The notes: generated by a model not told the origin, from the letters alone. Positions 21,528 through 32,558 are shown, counted from the first letter of the stretch. The stretch is DNA of 64,000 nt from an uncultured Verrucomicrobiae bacterium (GCA_963834385.1 CAWIBO010000005.1:192001-256000); one strand, 5' to 3'. Translations and numbers: made by a program.

Positions 21528-21543
21528 CCACAAGATGTGGTGC
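21528..21543 (-). promoter_or_regulatory. NrdR-box-like site upstream of smc
   Basis: Minus strand GCACCACATCTTGTGG versus consensus acaCwAtATaTwGtgt; the core positions match. Confidence 0.4.
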
Positions 21544-21548
21544 GCGGG

Positions 21549-22862
21549 TCAGGCCCCTGATTTAACAAGCGTCTGGCGGATAAAATACAGGAGAGTGGCC
21601 CCAAGGAGGACGAGCCCGGTGATAAGGAACTCGCCCCGGGTGGCGTGCGCCATGATCCAGATGATCACCCCGACAGCCAGGAGCGGGATGTAGTTCCCCC
21701 CGGGCACATGGAACGGTGTCCCGTCCGCGCTCTGCACGTTGCGCCGTTTCAGGACGACGGCGGCGAGACAGCACAGTACATATAGAAGCAGGACCGCCAT
21801 GTTCGAGAGTACCGCCAGCTTTTGGAAGGTGGAGCTGTAGGAAAGGGCGCAGGCCATCGTGGCATACACGATCAACGCGACGTGCGGGGTGTGGAATCGG
21901 GGGTGGACCCGGGCAAAAACGCCCGGCAGGAATCGGTCGCGGCCCAGCGCAAAGAGAATGCGGGGCGAACTCAGGATATCAGAGGCGAGCCAGCCGCCGG
22001 CGGAAACCGTCAGGCCCACCAGCATCAGGATCTTGCCAAACCCTCCGAGGAACTGGCCGGCCGCCTCGGCCAGCGCGCCTTCCCCAGCCTGGGCCAGGCC
22101 GTCGCCGAGCGTTCCCTGCGCGACCAGCTGGATGGCGAGATAGATCACGGTGGTGAAAGCAAGAGCGGTGAAAATGGCGCGCGGCACCGTGCGCGACGGG
22201 TTCTTGACTTCGCCGCTCGGCATCAGCGCGATCTCGATTCCGACAAAGGCGAAGAGCAGTTGCAGGACGCTGCGGCCCAGGGTGTCGCCCGAGGGCCACT
22301 CCGGCCAGGCGAGGTTTGAAGGTTGGAGGAAGAAGAGGCCGACCAGGATGAAGAGGCCGATCGGCACCAGCTTGAGCACGGTCACGGTTTCAACCGCCCG
22401 GGTGCCGACGCGAACCCCGCGGATGTTGATGGACACCAGGAGCCCGAGGATGAGGACAATCAGGCCAAAGCGGCCGGCCGGCCCGGAAAGCACCGGGATC
22501 AGACCGCCAATGGAGGCGGCGACAAGGCTGACAATGCCGGAAATGGCGAGGATGGCGGTGATGAAATAAAGGACGCCGGCGAGGAATCCGAAATAGCTGC
22601 CGAAAGCGACCTCGACGTAGGCGTAAAGGCCCCCGGTGAGCGAGACGCGGCTGCCGGCCATGGCGAAGGAGCTGACGAAAAGAAACATGGCGGCGGCGCA
22701 GATGAGGTAGGCGAGGGGAGCTGCCGCGCCGATCTGCGCGGCCACCACGGCAGGGAGAGCAAAAATGCCGGCGCCGATGGTGGCGTTGACGATGTTGGCG
22801 GTGAGACCGGGATAACCGATCGCGCGCACGAGGCCCTCGCGCGGGCCGTTCTCGGAGGGCAT
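21549..22862 (-). CDS. APC-family amino acid permease
   Basis: IGAGIF, GGLYAYV, FAFVGIE, EVKNPSRTVPRAI; about 12 TM segments. Confidence 0.92.
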   Translation of the reverse strand: MPSENGPREGLVRAIGYPGLTANIVNATIGAGIFALPAVVAAQIGAAAPLAYLICAAAMFLFVSSFAMAGSRVSLTGGLYAYVEVAFGSYFGFLAGVLYFITAILAISGIVSLVAASIGGLIPVLSGPAGRFGLIVLILGLLVSINIRGVRVGTRAVETVTVLKLVPIGLFILVGLFFLQPSNLAWPEWPSGDTLGRSVLQLLFAFVGIEIALMPSGEVKNPSRTVPRAIFTALAFTTVIYLAIQLVAQGTLGDGLAQAGEGALAEAAGQFLGGFGKILMLVGLTVSAGGWLASDILSSPRILFALGRDRFLPGVFARVHPRFHTPHVALIVYATMACALSYSSTFQKLAVLSNMAVLLLYVLCCLAAVVLKRRNVQSADGTPFHVPGGNYIPLLAVGVIIWIMAHATRGEFLITGLVLLGATLLYFIRQTLVKSGA

Positions 22863-23059
22863 GGCGGAGGTTGCTCCGCCCCGGTGCCGGCGACAAGCTT
22901 TTCCGCCATTTTTCCGGCTTCTCCGGAGCTCCGGAGAGCAGCGGAACATGCCGCCAAAAACGGCGGCGGGAGCACGGCAACGAGCGCCGGTTTTTCCGAG
23001 GGGAATTGTCCTTCGCGCCGTTCCGGCCGCGCCCTGGAGAAAAGCGCGTGAAAATTTTG

Positions 23060-23087
23060 TTGCGGGGTGGTTTTTCCCTCCTATAGT
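23060..23087 (+). promoter_or_regulatory. Putative sigma70 promoter of the rpsL operon
   Basis: TTGCGG-N16-TATAGT about 100 nt upstream of rpsL. Confidence 0.55.
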
Positions 23088-23187
23088 GCCCGCTCTCCGC
23101 ATCAGGTTGCCTGAGCAGGGTATCACGGCCTGGAGCGGATTTTTTGTCGCCTGAATCTTAAGTTCGGGCGGCTTTTGTTTAACGGAA

Positions 23188-23598
<411 letters not shown>

Positions 23599-23610
23599 CC
23601 GCTGACGCGG

Positions 23611-23741
23611 AATGACGAATTACTAAGGACGAAAGAATGACGAGAAAGATCCAAAACCGGAAGAGGGCCAGCGCGATGACGACGATTCGTCATTCCTGCG
23701 CTGTCATTGGTTCGTCATCCGTCATTCGTCACTCGTCATTT
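23611..23741. repeat. Imperfect long hairpin built from AATGACG / CGTCATT heptamers between rpsL and rpsG
   Basis: Left arm aatgacg aattact aaggacg aaagaatgacg; right arm has multiple tcgtcat/cgtcatt units. Confidence 0.75.
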
Positions 23742-23781
23742 TCCACCCTGCTCTCAACTTTCCAATAACCCTCACCACCCC

Positions 23782-24255
23782 ATGTCTCGTCGGCGAAAAG
23801 TTTATAAGAAGGAAGAAAAGGTGGATTCGCGCTACGGCAGCCCCGCGGTCGCGCGCCTGATCTCCACGGTGATGAAGCGCGGCAAGAAATCGCTCGCGGA
23901 ACGCATCGTCTACACCGCGATCGACAAATCGCGTGAAGGCTCGGACGCGGTTGATCCGCTCGAGGTGGTGAACAAGGCGCTCGAGAACGTGCGGCCCCGC
24001 CTCGAAGTGAAATCCCGCCGCGTCGGTGGCGCCACCTACCAGGTGCCGATGGAAGTGACCCCGGCCCGCCAGGTCTCCCTGGCCATGCGCTGGATCGTCA
24101 CCTACGCCGACAACCGCCGCGGCGTGCCGATGGCGGACGCCCTTGCCGCCGAATTGAAGGACGCCGCCGCCGGCCAGGGGAACGCGATCAAGAAACGCGA
24201 CGACACCCACAAGATGGCCCAGGCCAACCGCGCCTTCGCACATTTCCGCTGGTAA
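23782..24255 (+). CDS. rpsG: 30S ribosomal protein S7
   Basis: GKKSLAERIVY, RRVGGATYQVP, ANRAFAHFRW. Confidence 0.99.
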   Translation: MSRRRKVYKKEEKVDSRYGSPAVARLISTVMKRGKKSLAERIVYTAIDKSREGSDAVDPLEVVNKALENVRPRLEVKSRRVGGATYQVPMEVTPARQVSLAMRWIVTYADNRRGVPMADALAAELKDAAAGQGNAIKKRDDTHKMAQANRAFAHFRW

Positions 24256-24273
24256 CGAATTTTTTCCCCGGTC

Positions 24274-26448
24274 ATGGCTACTGCAACTCTCGATAAACCC
24301 TCCAAGTCGGCGAACCCGAACTCGCCCAACCGGAAGTTCCCGCTCGAAAAGACGCGGAACATCGGCATTGCCGCGCACATTGACGCCGGCAAGACGACGC
24401 TGACCGAGCGCATCCTTTTCTACACCGGCATGATCCACAAGATCGGTGAGGTGCACGAGGGCACCACCGTGACCGACTGGATGGAGCAGGAGCGTGAGCG
24501 GGGCATCACCATCACCTCCGCCGCCACCACCTGCGCCTGGACGCAGAAACCGGAAACGGGCGTTTACAAGATGTATGAAGGCGTGAAAATGCGCGTCAAC
24601 ATCATCGACACGCCGGGTCACGTGGATTTTACCGCGGAAGTCGAGCGTTCGCTCCGCGTGCTCGATGGCGCCATCGCGGTGTTCGACGCCGTCGCCGGGG
24701 TGCAGCCGCAGTCGGAGACGGTTTGGCGGCAGGCGAACAAATACAAGGTCCCGCGCATCGCCTTCATCAATAAGATGGACCGCGTCGGCGCTGACTTTGC
24801 CGCGGCGGTTGATTCGATGCACAAGAAGTTGGCCGCGAATGCCTGGCCGATCCTGATTCCGTTGGGCAAGGAAGACTATTTGAAGGGTCAGCTCGACGTC
24901 GTGAACCGGAAAGCGGTTTTCTATCTCGACAACGACGTCATGGGTTCGACCTACGAAGTCCGCGAAGTGCCGGAGGAGAACAAGGAAGAGGTCGAAAAGG
25001 CCTACGCTGTCCTGGTCGAGCAGATTTCCAATATTGACGACGAAATCGCGGAAGCGGTTCTCGAGGAAAAGGAGATCACCCCGCAAATGCTCAAGGCGGG
25101 CATTCGTCGTCAGACAATCGCGAACAAGTTCGTTCCCGTGGTTGGGGGCTCCGCCTTCAAGAACAAGGGCGTCCAGTATCTTGTCGACGCCGTGATCGAT
25201 TATCTCCCGGGTCCGCTCGACATTCCGCCCGCCGTCGGCCTGGAGCCCGATTCGCACGAGAAGATGGAGGCGCCGACGGATGACAACGGCAAATTCTGCT
25301 CGCTCGCCTTCAAGCTTTGGAGCGATCCGTTCGTGGGCAAGCTCGTTTTCTTCCGTGTCTATTCCGGTTCGCTGAGCAAGGGCGACAACGTCTACAACCC
25401 GCGCACGAACAAACGCGAGCGCATCTCGCGCCTGATCCAGATTCAGGCCGACAAGCGGGAGGACATCGACACCTGTTACTCGGGCGACATTGCCGCCATC
25501 GTGGGCATCAAGAACATCACGACGGGTGACACGCTCTGTGACGAGGATCATCCGATCCTGCTCGAGCCGCCTTCCTTCCCCGATCCGGTTATTTCGATGG
25601 CGATCGAGCCGAAGACGAAGCAGGACCAGGAAAAGATGGGCGTCGCCCTGCAGCGCCTCTCGGAAGAGGATCCGACTTTCAAGGTCTTCACGCATGAAGA
25701 CACCGGCCAGACGATCATTGCCGGGATGGGTGAACTCCATCTCGAGATCATTCGCGACCGCATGCTGCGCGAATTCAAGGTGGACGCGAACGCGGGCAAA
25801 CCGCAGATCGCCTACCGCGAGACCATCACCGCGCCGGCCGACGGCGAGGGCAAGCTGATCAAGCAATCGGGCGGTCGTGGTCAATACGGCCACGTCATCA
25901 TCAAGGTTCAGCCCAACGAGCGCGGCAAGGGCATCACGATCGAGAACAAGGTCGTGGGTGGCAACATTCCGAAGGAGTACATCCCAGCCTGCAAGAAGGG
26001 GATCGAGGAAGCGATGCTCAATGGCGTCATTGGCGGTTACCAGGTGATCGACGCCAACATCGACATTGTGGACGGCTCCTATCACGACGTCGACTCGAAC
26101 GAAATGGCCTTCAAGCTCGCGGCCATTTTTGCGGTGAAAGACGCCTTCAAGAAGGCGAAACCGATCCTGCTCGAGCCCATCATGAAGGTGGAGAATGCCA
26201 CCCCGGAAGAGTATCAGGGCGACATCATGGGCGATTTGAATCGTCGGCGCGGCAAGATCGCCAGCATCGAGGTGAAGGGAAACCTGACCATGGTGCAGGC
26301 CGAGGTGCCGCTGGCCGAGATGTTCGGTTACGCCACCGCCATTCGTTCACTTTCCAAGGGCCGTTCGAGCTATTCCATGGAGCCCTCGCATTTCGAACAA
26401 GTCCCGCAACAGCTCGTCGCGGCCGTTCTCGACCAGAAGGAAAAATAG
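24274..26448 (+). CDS. fusA: Elongation factor G
   Basis: [37 protein letters not shown]. Confidence 0.99.
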   Translation: MATATLDKPSKSANPNSPNRKFPLEKTRNIGIAAHIDAGKTTLTERILFYTGMIHKIGEVHEGTTVTDWMEQERERGITITSAATTCAWTQKPETGVYKMYEGVKMRVNIIDTPGHVDFTAEVERSLRVLDGAIAVFDAVAGVQPQSETVWRQANKYKVPRIAFINKMDRVGADFAAAVDSMHKKLAANAWPILIPLGKEDYLKGQLDVVNRKAVFYLDNDVMGSTYEVREVPEENKEEVEKAYAVLVEQISNIDDEIAEAVLEEKEITPQMLKAGIRRQTIANKFVPVVGGSAFKNKGVQYLVDAVIDYLPGPLDIPPAVGLEPDSHEKMEAPTDDNGKFCSLAFKLWSDPFVGKLVFFRVYSGSLSKGDNVYNPRTNKRERISRLIQIQADKREDIDTCYSGDIAAIVGIKNITTGDTLCDEDHPILLEPPSFPDPVISMAIEPKTKQDQEKMGVALQRLSEEDPTFKVFTHEDTGQTIIAGMGELHLEIIRDRMLREFKVDANAGKPQIAYRETITAPADGEGKLIKQSGGRGQYGHVIIKVQPNERGKGITIENKVVGGNIPKEYIPACKKGIEEAMLNGVIGGYQVIDANIDIVDGSYHDVDSNEMAFKLAAIFAVKDAFKKAKPILLEPIMKVENATPEEYQGDIMGDLNRRRGKIASIEVKGNLTMVQAEVPLAEMFGYATAIRSLSKGRSSYSMEPSHFEQVPQQLVAAVLDQKEK

Positions 26449-26451
26449 AGT

Positions 26452-26763
26452 ATGACGAACGGTCAGCGCATTCGCATTCGCCTCAAGGCATTCGACCACC
26501 GAATGCTCGATCAATCCGCCGTCGACATCGTCGAGACGGCCAAGCGCACCGGCGCCCGCGTGGCGGGGCCGATCCCGCTTCCGACGCTGATCGAGAAGTT
26601 CACGGTCAACCGGTCGCCCCACGTCGACAAGAAGTCGATGGACCAGTTCGAAATCCGGACGCACAAGCGCCTGCTCGACATCATTGAACCCACCGCCAAG
26701 ACGGTCGATGAGCTGAAGAAGCTGAACCTCCCGGCGGGTGTCGACATCACGATCAAGATTTAA
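26452..26763 (+). CDS. rpsJ: 30S ribosomal protein S10
   Basis: [24 protein letters not shown]. Confidence 0.99.
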   Translation: MTNGQRIRIRLKAFDHRMLDQSAVDIVETAKRTGARVAGPIPLPTLIEKFTVNRSPHVDKKSMDQFEIRTHKRLLDIIEPTAKTVDELKKLNLPAGVDITIKI

Positions 26764-26775
26764 ACCTTTAACCCA

Positions 26776-26856
26776 GTCATTCTGAGCGAAGCGAAGAATT
26801 TTACAGACCCTTTTATCGAGCGCGCGAGCGGGACCCGTCGCGGCGCGCAGGATGAC
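26776..26856. repeat. Inverted-repeat (REP/MITE-like) element between rpsJ and rplC
   Basis: GTCATTCTGAGCGAAGCGA ... TCGCGGCGCGCAGGATGAC; 15/19 complementary. Confidence 0.7.
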
Positions 26857-26869
26857 AAACGCCACCACC

Positions 26870-27520
26870 ATGAGCATCGGATTACTTGGACAGAAAATTG
26901 GCATGACCAGCGTTTACGACGCCAACGGCAAGCTCCGTCCGGTGACCGTGATCGCGGCGGGCGATAACACGCTCCTGCAGCGCATGACAGGTGAGCGCAA
27001 CGGCTATTCGGCCATCCAGGTCGGGTTCGGCGCGCAGAAGGAATCGCGCCTGAACAAATCCGCCCTGGGGCAGTTCAAGGCCGCCGGTTCCGAGCCGAAG
27101 AAGCTCGTGCGCGAGTTTCGCCTGAAGGAGGACGCGCCGGAAGGCGAGATGAACCTGAGCGTGACCCAGTTCCAGCCGGGCGATTTCGTCGACGTCATTG
27201 GCCGCTCCAAGGGCAAGGGATTCCAGGGCGTCATGAAGAAGCACAATTTTGCCGGCCAGGGGGCTGCGCACGGTTCCAAGACGCACCGGCGCAACGGCGC
27301 CATCGGCAACCGTTCCACCCCGGGCCGCGTCTGGAAGAACATGGGCATGCCCGGCCACATGGGCGACGAGCGCGTCACGGTGCAAAACCTCCAGGTCCTG
27401 CAGGTGCGCGAGAACGAAAAAGTGATTTTGATCAGCGGCGCGGTCCCAGGGGCCAACGGCAGCTACGTGGTCGTGCGCCCGGCGATCAAGAAACCCGTCG
27501 CGGGAGGCAAGGCAGAATGA
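26870..27520 (+). CDS. rplC: 50S ribosomal protein L3
   Basis: GQKIGMT, SKGKGFQG, MPGHMG, GAVPG. Confidence 0.98.
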   Translation: MSIGLLGQKIGMTSVYDANGKLRPVTVIAAGDNTLLQRMTGERNGYSAIQVGFGAQKESRLNKSALGQFKAAGSEPKKLVREFRLKEDAPEGEMNLSVTQFQPGDFVDVIGRSKGKGFQGVMKKHNFAGQGAAHGSKTHRRNGAIGNRSTPGRVWKNMGMPGHMGDERVTVQNLQVLQVRENEKVILISGAVPGANGSYVVVRPAIKKPVAGGKAE

Positions 27521-28131
27521 GCGCTAAAGTTTTAACCGTTGACGCGGCCAAGGAGGCCAATCTCGAACTGATCGAGAACGGACGCGGCACGCAGGCGGTG
27601 CACGATGTCGTCGTGGCCATGCGGGCGGCCCGCCGTTCCGGCTCGGCCAACTCCAAGACGAAGGCGGAAGTGGCCTTTTCCGGCGCCAAACCCTGGCGCC
27701 AGAAGGGGACCGGTCGCGCCCGCGCCGGCTACAAGTCCTCGCCGATCTGGCGCAAAGGCGGCGTGGTCTTCGGACCGAAGCCCCGCGATTACTCCAAGAA
27801 GGTTTCGAAGAACACCCGCCGGCTTGCCTTTCGCAAGGCGCTCTCCTCGCGCATCACCGCCGGTGATGTGCTGACCCTCGAGACTTTCGCGGTCAAGGAA
27901 GCGAAGACGAAGAGCTTCGTCCAGCTTTTGCAGAAGCAGACCGACGCGCGCAAGGTGCTCCTGATCGCCGACGCCTTCGACGAGAACACCTACAAGTCGG
28001 CCCGGAACGTCCAGCCGGTCCTGCTGGCCACGGCGCGCGAGGTGAACACCGAGCAGTTGCTCGCCTTCGACAAGATCCTGGTCACGGGCAAGGCCCTCGA
28101 GCTCCTCGCGGAAAGGACCAAAAGCGAATGA
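27517..28131 (+). CDS. rplD: 50S ribosomal protein L4
   Basis: KPWRQKGTGRARAG, GGVVFGPKPRDY. Confidence 0.98.
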   Translation: MSAKVLTVDAAKEANLELIENGRGTQAVHDVVVAMRAARRSGSANSKTKAEVAFSGAKPWRQKGTGRARAGYKSSPIWRKGGVVFGPKPRDYSKKVSKNTRRLAFRKALSSRITAGDVLTLETFAVKEAKTKSFVQLLQKQTDARKVLLIADAFDENTYKSARNVQPVLLATAREVNTEQLLAFDKILVTGKALELLAERTKSE

Positions 28132-28412
28132 ACGACCATTTTGACATCATCCAGACCGCCTCGCTGACCGAGAAGTCCTCGCTCCTGAGCGAGAAGCAGA
28201 ACAAGTACGTCTTCCGCGTGGCCCCGCGCGCGAACAAGCTGCAGATCAAGAGCGCGATCGAGAAACTTTTCAACAAGAAGGTCGTGGCCGTGAACACGTG
28301 CAATTATGCCGGGAAAAAGAAGCGCGAGCGTCGCGCCGATTTCGGGCGGAAACCGCACTGGAAAAAGGCCATCGTGACCCTGAAGGAGGGCGAGAAGATC
28401 GATCTCGCCTAA
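28128..28412 (+). CDS. rplW: 50S ribosomal protein L23
   Basis: TEKS, ANKLQIKSAIEKLF, WKKAIVTL. Confidence 0.97.
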   Translation: MNDHFDIIQTASLTEKSSLLSEKQNKYVFRVAPRANKLQIKSAIEKLFNKKVVAVNTCNYAGKKKRERRADFGRKPHWKKAIVTLKEGEKIDLA

Positions 28413-28418
28413 AGAATC

Positions 28419-29260
28419 ATGGCACTCCGCAAGTTCAGACCCCTCACTCCCGCCTCGCGTTACAAGCAGACGCCGGCTTTCACCGAGATTACCCGGTCGA
28501 AGCCGGACAAGAGCCTGCTCGAGCCGAAGAAGCGCAGCGGCGGCCGCAACAACAACGGCCGGCTGACCTCGCGCCACATTGGCGGCGGTCACAAGCAGAA
28601 GTACCGCAAGGTCGATTTCAAGCGCCGCAAGCACGACGTTCCCGCCGAAGTGGTCGGCATCGAATATGATCCGAACCGTTCCGCCCGGATCGCCCTGATC
28701 AAGTATACCGATGGCGAGCAGAGCTACATTCTCGCGCCGGAGGGTCTGGCCGCCGGGGCGCGCGTGGTGGCCGGAGCCGAGGTTGCGCCCGACCTGGGCA
28801 ATTCGCTCCCGCTTCGTTCCATCCCGCTGGGCACCAACATTCATAACATCGAGCTGACGCCGGGCCGGGGCGGCCAGGTGGCGCGCAGCGCCGGCCAGCA
28901 GGCGATCCTGAGCAACCGCGAGGGCGGCTACGCGCTGGTGCAGCATGCCTTCCGGGGAAATTCGCCGGATCCACGAGGATTGTTTCGCCACCATGGGCCA
29001 GGTCGGCAACGTCGATCACATGAACGTTTCCAGCGGCAAGGCCGGCCGCACCCGCTGGCAGGGGCGCCGCCCGCATGTCCGCGGCATGGTCATGAACCCG
29101 ATCGATCACCCGATGGGTGGCGGTCAGGGCAAGTCCAAGGGCGGTGGCGGACGTCATCACCCGGTGAGCCCGTGGGGCCAGCTGGCCAAGGGCTTCAAGA
29201 CCCGCGCGAAATACAAGACGAGCGACCGCTTCATCGTCGAGCGGCGCCGAGAAGAAATAA
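28419..29260 (+). CDS. rplB: 50S ribosomal protein L2 (frameshifts at about 28945 and 29250)
   Basis: GRNNNGR and [10 protein letters not shown] in frame 1; [11 protein letters not shown] in frame 2. Confidence 0.95.
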
Positions 29261-29263
29261 TTT

Positions 29264-29542
29264 ATGGGCAGATCGCTAAAAAAAGGACCCTTCGTCGAGC
29301 CGCATCTTCTGGAGAAGATCGACAAGATGAACGCCGCGGCGGCGAAGAAGCCGATCAAGACCTGGTCGCGGCGCTCCATGGTCACGCCGGATTTCGTCGG
29401 GCACACCTTCCTGGTGCACAACGGGAAGAATTTTACCTCCGTTTTCGTGACCGAGAACATGGTCGGTCACAAGCTGGGTGAATTTTCGCCTACCCGAATC
29501 TTCAAGAAGCATGGTTCGCACACCGCGAAGGTGACGAAATAA
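29264..29542 (+). CDS. rpsS: 30S ribosomal protein S19
   Basis: [27 protein letters not shown]. Confidence 0.99.
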   Translation: MGRSLKKGPFVEPHLLEKIDKMNAAAAKKPIKTWSRRSMVTPDFVGHTFLVHNGKNFTSVFVTENMVGHKLGEFSPTRIFKKHGSHTAKVTK

Positions 29543-30388
29543 GTGAAATTTTTAGCTGCGACGTTCGGTGGCCGGGTCAAACCGGCGGCCGGTCAGCGCG
29601 GCTTTGGGTTGGCAGTGTTGGGCTGCGTAGCGCTGGCTTGCGGGCCGGCGGCAGAGGGAAACAGTTCTTTGTCAGATTCAAATCTTGAAACGACCGAAGC
29701 GAAAGTGACGGCCGAGATGCTATTTTCGCAGAACGAGGCGTTGCGTCAGCAACTCTCGCTCGAGCGGGAATCGGTCCGGACCCTGACCTCCAGTCTGGCG
29801 GAGTCGAATGCGGAGGCGGAAGTGTTCCGCCGCAAGTATGCCGATCTCAAGCTGCGGATGGAGGCGCTGGGGCTGGACGCGGCCAGCGCAGACCGGGCCA
29901 AGCTGGAGCAGCGATTGCTCCACGCGGTCAACGACCTGCAACTGGCGGTGAAGGAACGCGAACAGTTTCGCGACCAGATGCTGCGGCTGACCGAGGCCAT
30001 CTTTCATTACCTGCAGACCGCGCAGGGTGGAGGAGATGCCCAGGCCCGCATGGACGTGGAGGCGCAGTTGCGCGCCACGAACGAGCTGGTCGGCGGCGGC
30101 GGGCCCGTGCCCGTCTCGGCCCAGCCGAGCCTGCTCGACGGCATCGTCATCACGGTGAAGGAGGAATGGTCGCTTGTCGTGGGAAACCTCGGCGAGCAGC
30201 AGGGCGTCAAAGTCGGCATGCCGTTCCAGGTGCTGCGGGGCGAGAAACTGATCGCGCTCGTGCGCGTGGTGGATGTGCGCGAGAAAATCTGCGGCGCGGT
30301 TGTTCAGGAAATGAGTTCGGCGAAGGAAAAAATACAGGTGGGCGATCGGCTCCAGGTCGATGCCCGCTCCAATTTGAGTTTAAAATAA
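29543..30388 (+). CDS. Exported coiled-coil protein with C-terminal beta domain, inserted in the S10 operon
   Basis: Intact 281-aa ORF abutting the rpsS stop and the rplV start; hydrophobic N-terminus, heptad region, GNLGEQQGVKVGMPFQV...VGDRL. Confidence 0.8.
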   Translation: MKFLAATFGGRVKPAAGQRGFGLAVLGCVALACGPAAEGNSSLSDSNLETTEAKVTAEMLFSQNEALRQQLSLERESVRTLTSSLAESNAEAEVFRRKYADLKLRMEALGLDAASADRAKLEQRLLHAVNDLQLAVKEREQFRDQMLRLTEAIFHYLQTAQGGGDAQARMDVEAQLRATNELVGGGGPVPVSAQPSLLDGIVITVKEEWSLVVGNLGEQQGVKVGMPFQVLRGEKLIALVRVVDVREKICGAVVQEMSSAKEKIQVGDRLQVDARSNLSLK

Positions 30389-30858
30389 ATGGAAGTTCGA
30401 TCGATATACAGGTTTGCGCAGATCTCGCCCTTCAAGGCGCGCGAGGTCACGCGTGAGATCCAGGGTCTGCCCGTGGCAGCCGCGCTGGATCTCGTGGCCT
30501 TCAGCCCGAAAAAGGCCGCGACCCTCGTGGGCAAGACGCTCAAGAGCGCCGTGGCCAATGCCGAGAACAACGCCAACCTCAAGGTCGAAGGCCTCGTGGT
30601 GAAGGAAGCCGTCGTCGGCGAAGGCCCGACCATGAAGCGCATGATGACGCGCGCCCGCGGCAGCGGCAGCGGCATATTCGAAGCGGACCAGCCACATCCG
30701 CATCATTTTGACGGACGAGATCGAGATTGAAACCCGGGCCAGCCGCAAGGCGGAGAAGAAGAAGAGCCGCCAGAGTCGGCGCCAAAGCCGCGCCGGAAGC
30801 GGCGGCCGAAGGAGCCGGCGCCGAAACGGGCCGCAACAAAACGAAGGCAAAGAAATAA
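30389..30858 (+). CDS. rplV: 50S ribosomal protein L22 with Lys/Ala-rich tail (frameshifted; end approximate)
   Basis: ISPFKAR, LKSAVANAENN, EGPTMKR, RARG. Confidence 0.92.
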
Positions 30859-30861
30859 GTT

Positions 30862-31549
30862 ATGGGACAAAAAGTTAATCCGATCGGATTTCGTCTCGCG
30901 GTGAACCGCGACTGGCGTTCGCGCTGGTATGCCTCGCCGCAGGAGATGCCCGCCTTTCTGCACAGCGACATCGAGATTCGCACCTACGTGAAGAGAAAGC
31001 TCCAGTTCGCCGCGGTCGCGAAGATCGTCATCGAGCGCGCCTGGAACAGCATTCGCGTCACCATTTCCACCGCCCGCCCGGGCATCGTCATCGGCCGCAA
31101 AGGCGCGGAGATCGAGAAGATGACCGAGGAGATCTCGCGCATGTCCAGGGGCAAGCAGGTCAAGATCGACATCCAGGAAATCAAGACGCCGGAGCTCGAC
31201 GCCCAGCTCGTGGCGGAGAACGTCGCCCTCCAGATCGAGCGCCGCATCTCCTTCCGCCGCGCCATGAAGAAGGCGGTGCAGACCACCATGGATTTCGGTG
31301 CCGCACGGCATCCGGATCCGCTGCGCCGGCCGCCTCGGCGGCGCGGAAATTTCGCCGCGCGGAATGGTATCGCGAGGGCAAGATCCCGCTCCACACCCTG
31401 CGCAGCCGATCGATTACGGTTTCGCCGAGGCCAACACCGTTTACGGCAAGATCGGCGTGAAATGCTGGATCTGCAAAAAGGAGGAGGCCCGCGAGTCGAG
31501 CCGGCCGGCGCCTTCGCTGCCGCCCCCGCCGCGCTCCCGCCACCGCTGA
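30862..31549 (+). CDS. rpsC: 30S ribosomal protein S3 (frameshifted)
   Basis: [32 protein letters not shown] in another frame. Confidence 0.95.
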
Positions 31550-31574
31550 AGCCTGATTTTAAGGAGATACTGAC

Positions 31575-31999
31575 ATGCCATTGATGCCCAAACGCGTGAA
31601 GTACCGCAAGACCCAGCGCGGCAGCCGCGCAGGGAACGGCTTCACGCAATCTCCGGATCGACTTCGGCGAATTCGGTCTGCAGACGCTGGAGCGCGCCTG
31701 GATCACCAACACCCAGATCGAAGCCGCCCGTGTCGCGCTCACCCGCAACATGAAGCGCAAAGGCAAGCTCTGGATCCGCATTTTCCCCGACAAGTCCGTC
31801 ACCTCGCGTCCGCCGGAAACCCGCATGGGCAAGGGCAAGGGCCAGCCGGAATATTGGGTCGCCACCGTTCGCCCCGGCAACATCCTGTTCGAACTCGACG
31901 GCGTGCCGGAGTCGGTCGCCCGCGAGTCGCTGCGCCTCGCCGCCGAACAAGCTGCCGGTCCGCACCAAGTTCCTGACGCGCCACCACGTCGCCGCCTGA
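31575..31999 (+). CDS. rplP: 50S ribosomal protein L16 (frameshifted)
   Basis: [20 protein letters not shown]...RMGKGKG. Confidence 0.94.
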
Positions 32000-32005
32000 A
32001 ATCGC

Positions 32006-32223
32006 ATGAAGATCAAAGAAATCGCTGAACTAAGCGTCGACGAACTGCGGACGCGCGAAACGCGATCTGCGCCAGGAGAGCGCTTCATCTCCGCCTCCAG
32101 CAGCAGAGCGGCCAGCTCGAAAAGCCGAGCCTGCTCCGCGCTCCTCCGCCGCGAAGTGGCGCGGGTCGAGACCATCCTCACCCAGAAACAGCGCGCGACC
32201 GAGCGTCGCGGCGCAAGAACTAA
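32006..32223 (+). CDS. rpmC: 50S ribosomal protein L29 (frameshifted)
   Basis: [14 protein letters not shown]...[11 protein letters not shown]; operon position. Confidence 0.88.
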
Positions 32224-32226
32224 TTT

Positions 32227-32523
32227 ATGAGCCGAAACCATCGACAGCACCGCCCCGGCGACCACCGCGGAAACCACCGCGCGCGGTTCGCGCAAGACCC
32301 GCGTCGGCGAAGTCGTCTCCAACAAGATGAACAAGACCATCGTGGTCGAGACCATGACCCGCGTGCCGCACCCGAAGTTCGGCAAGATCATCAAGCAGAT
32401 GAAGAAGTTCTACGCCCACGACGAGGAGAACAAGGCCAAGTCGGCGACACCGTCCGCATCATGGAAACCCGTCCGCTCAGCAAGCTGAAGCGCTGGCGTC
32501 TGGTCGAAGGTGCATCAACACTG
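32227..32523 (+). CDS. rpsQ: 30S ribosomal protein S17 (frameshifted; ends approximate)
   Basis: [38 protein letters not shown]. Confidence 0.9.
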
Positions 32524-32558
32524 CGCCGACACCGCGCTGGTCGCCCGGAAATAATCAT

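Noticed and set aside
23722..26085. 787-aa antisense ORF (and similar long antisense ORFs over recG, recJ, mqnE, secretin, tig and dnaX)
   Set aside because: Shadow ORFs expected from high-GC codon bias opposite well-conserved genes; no motifs.
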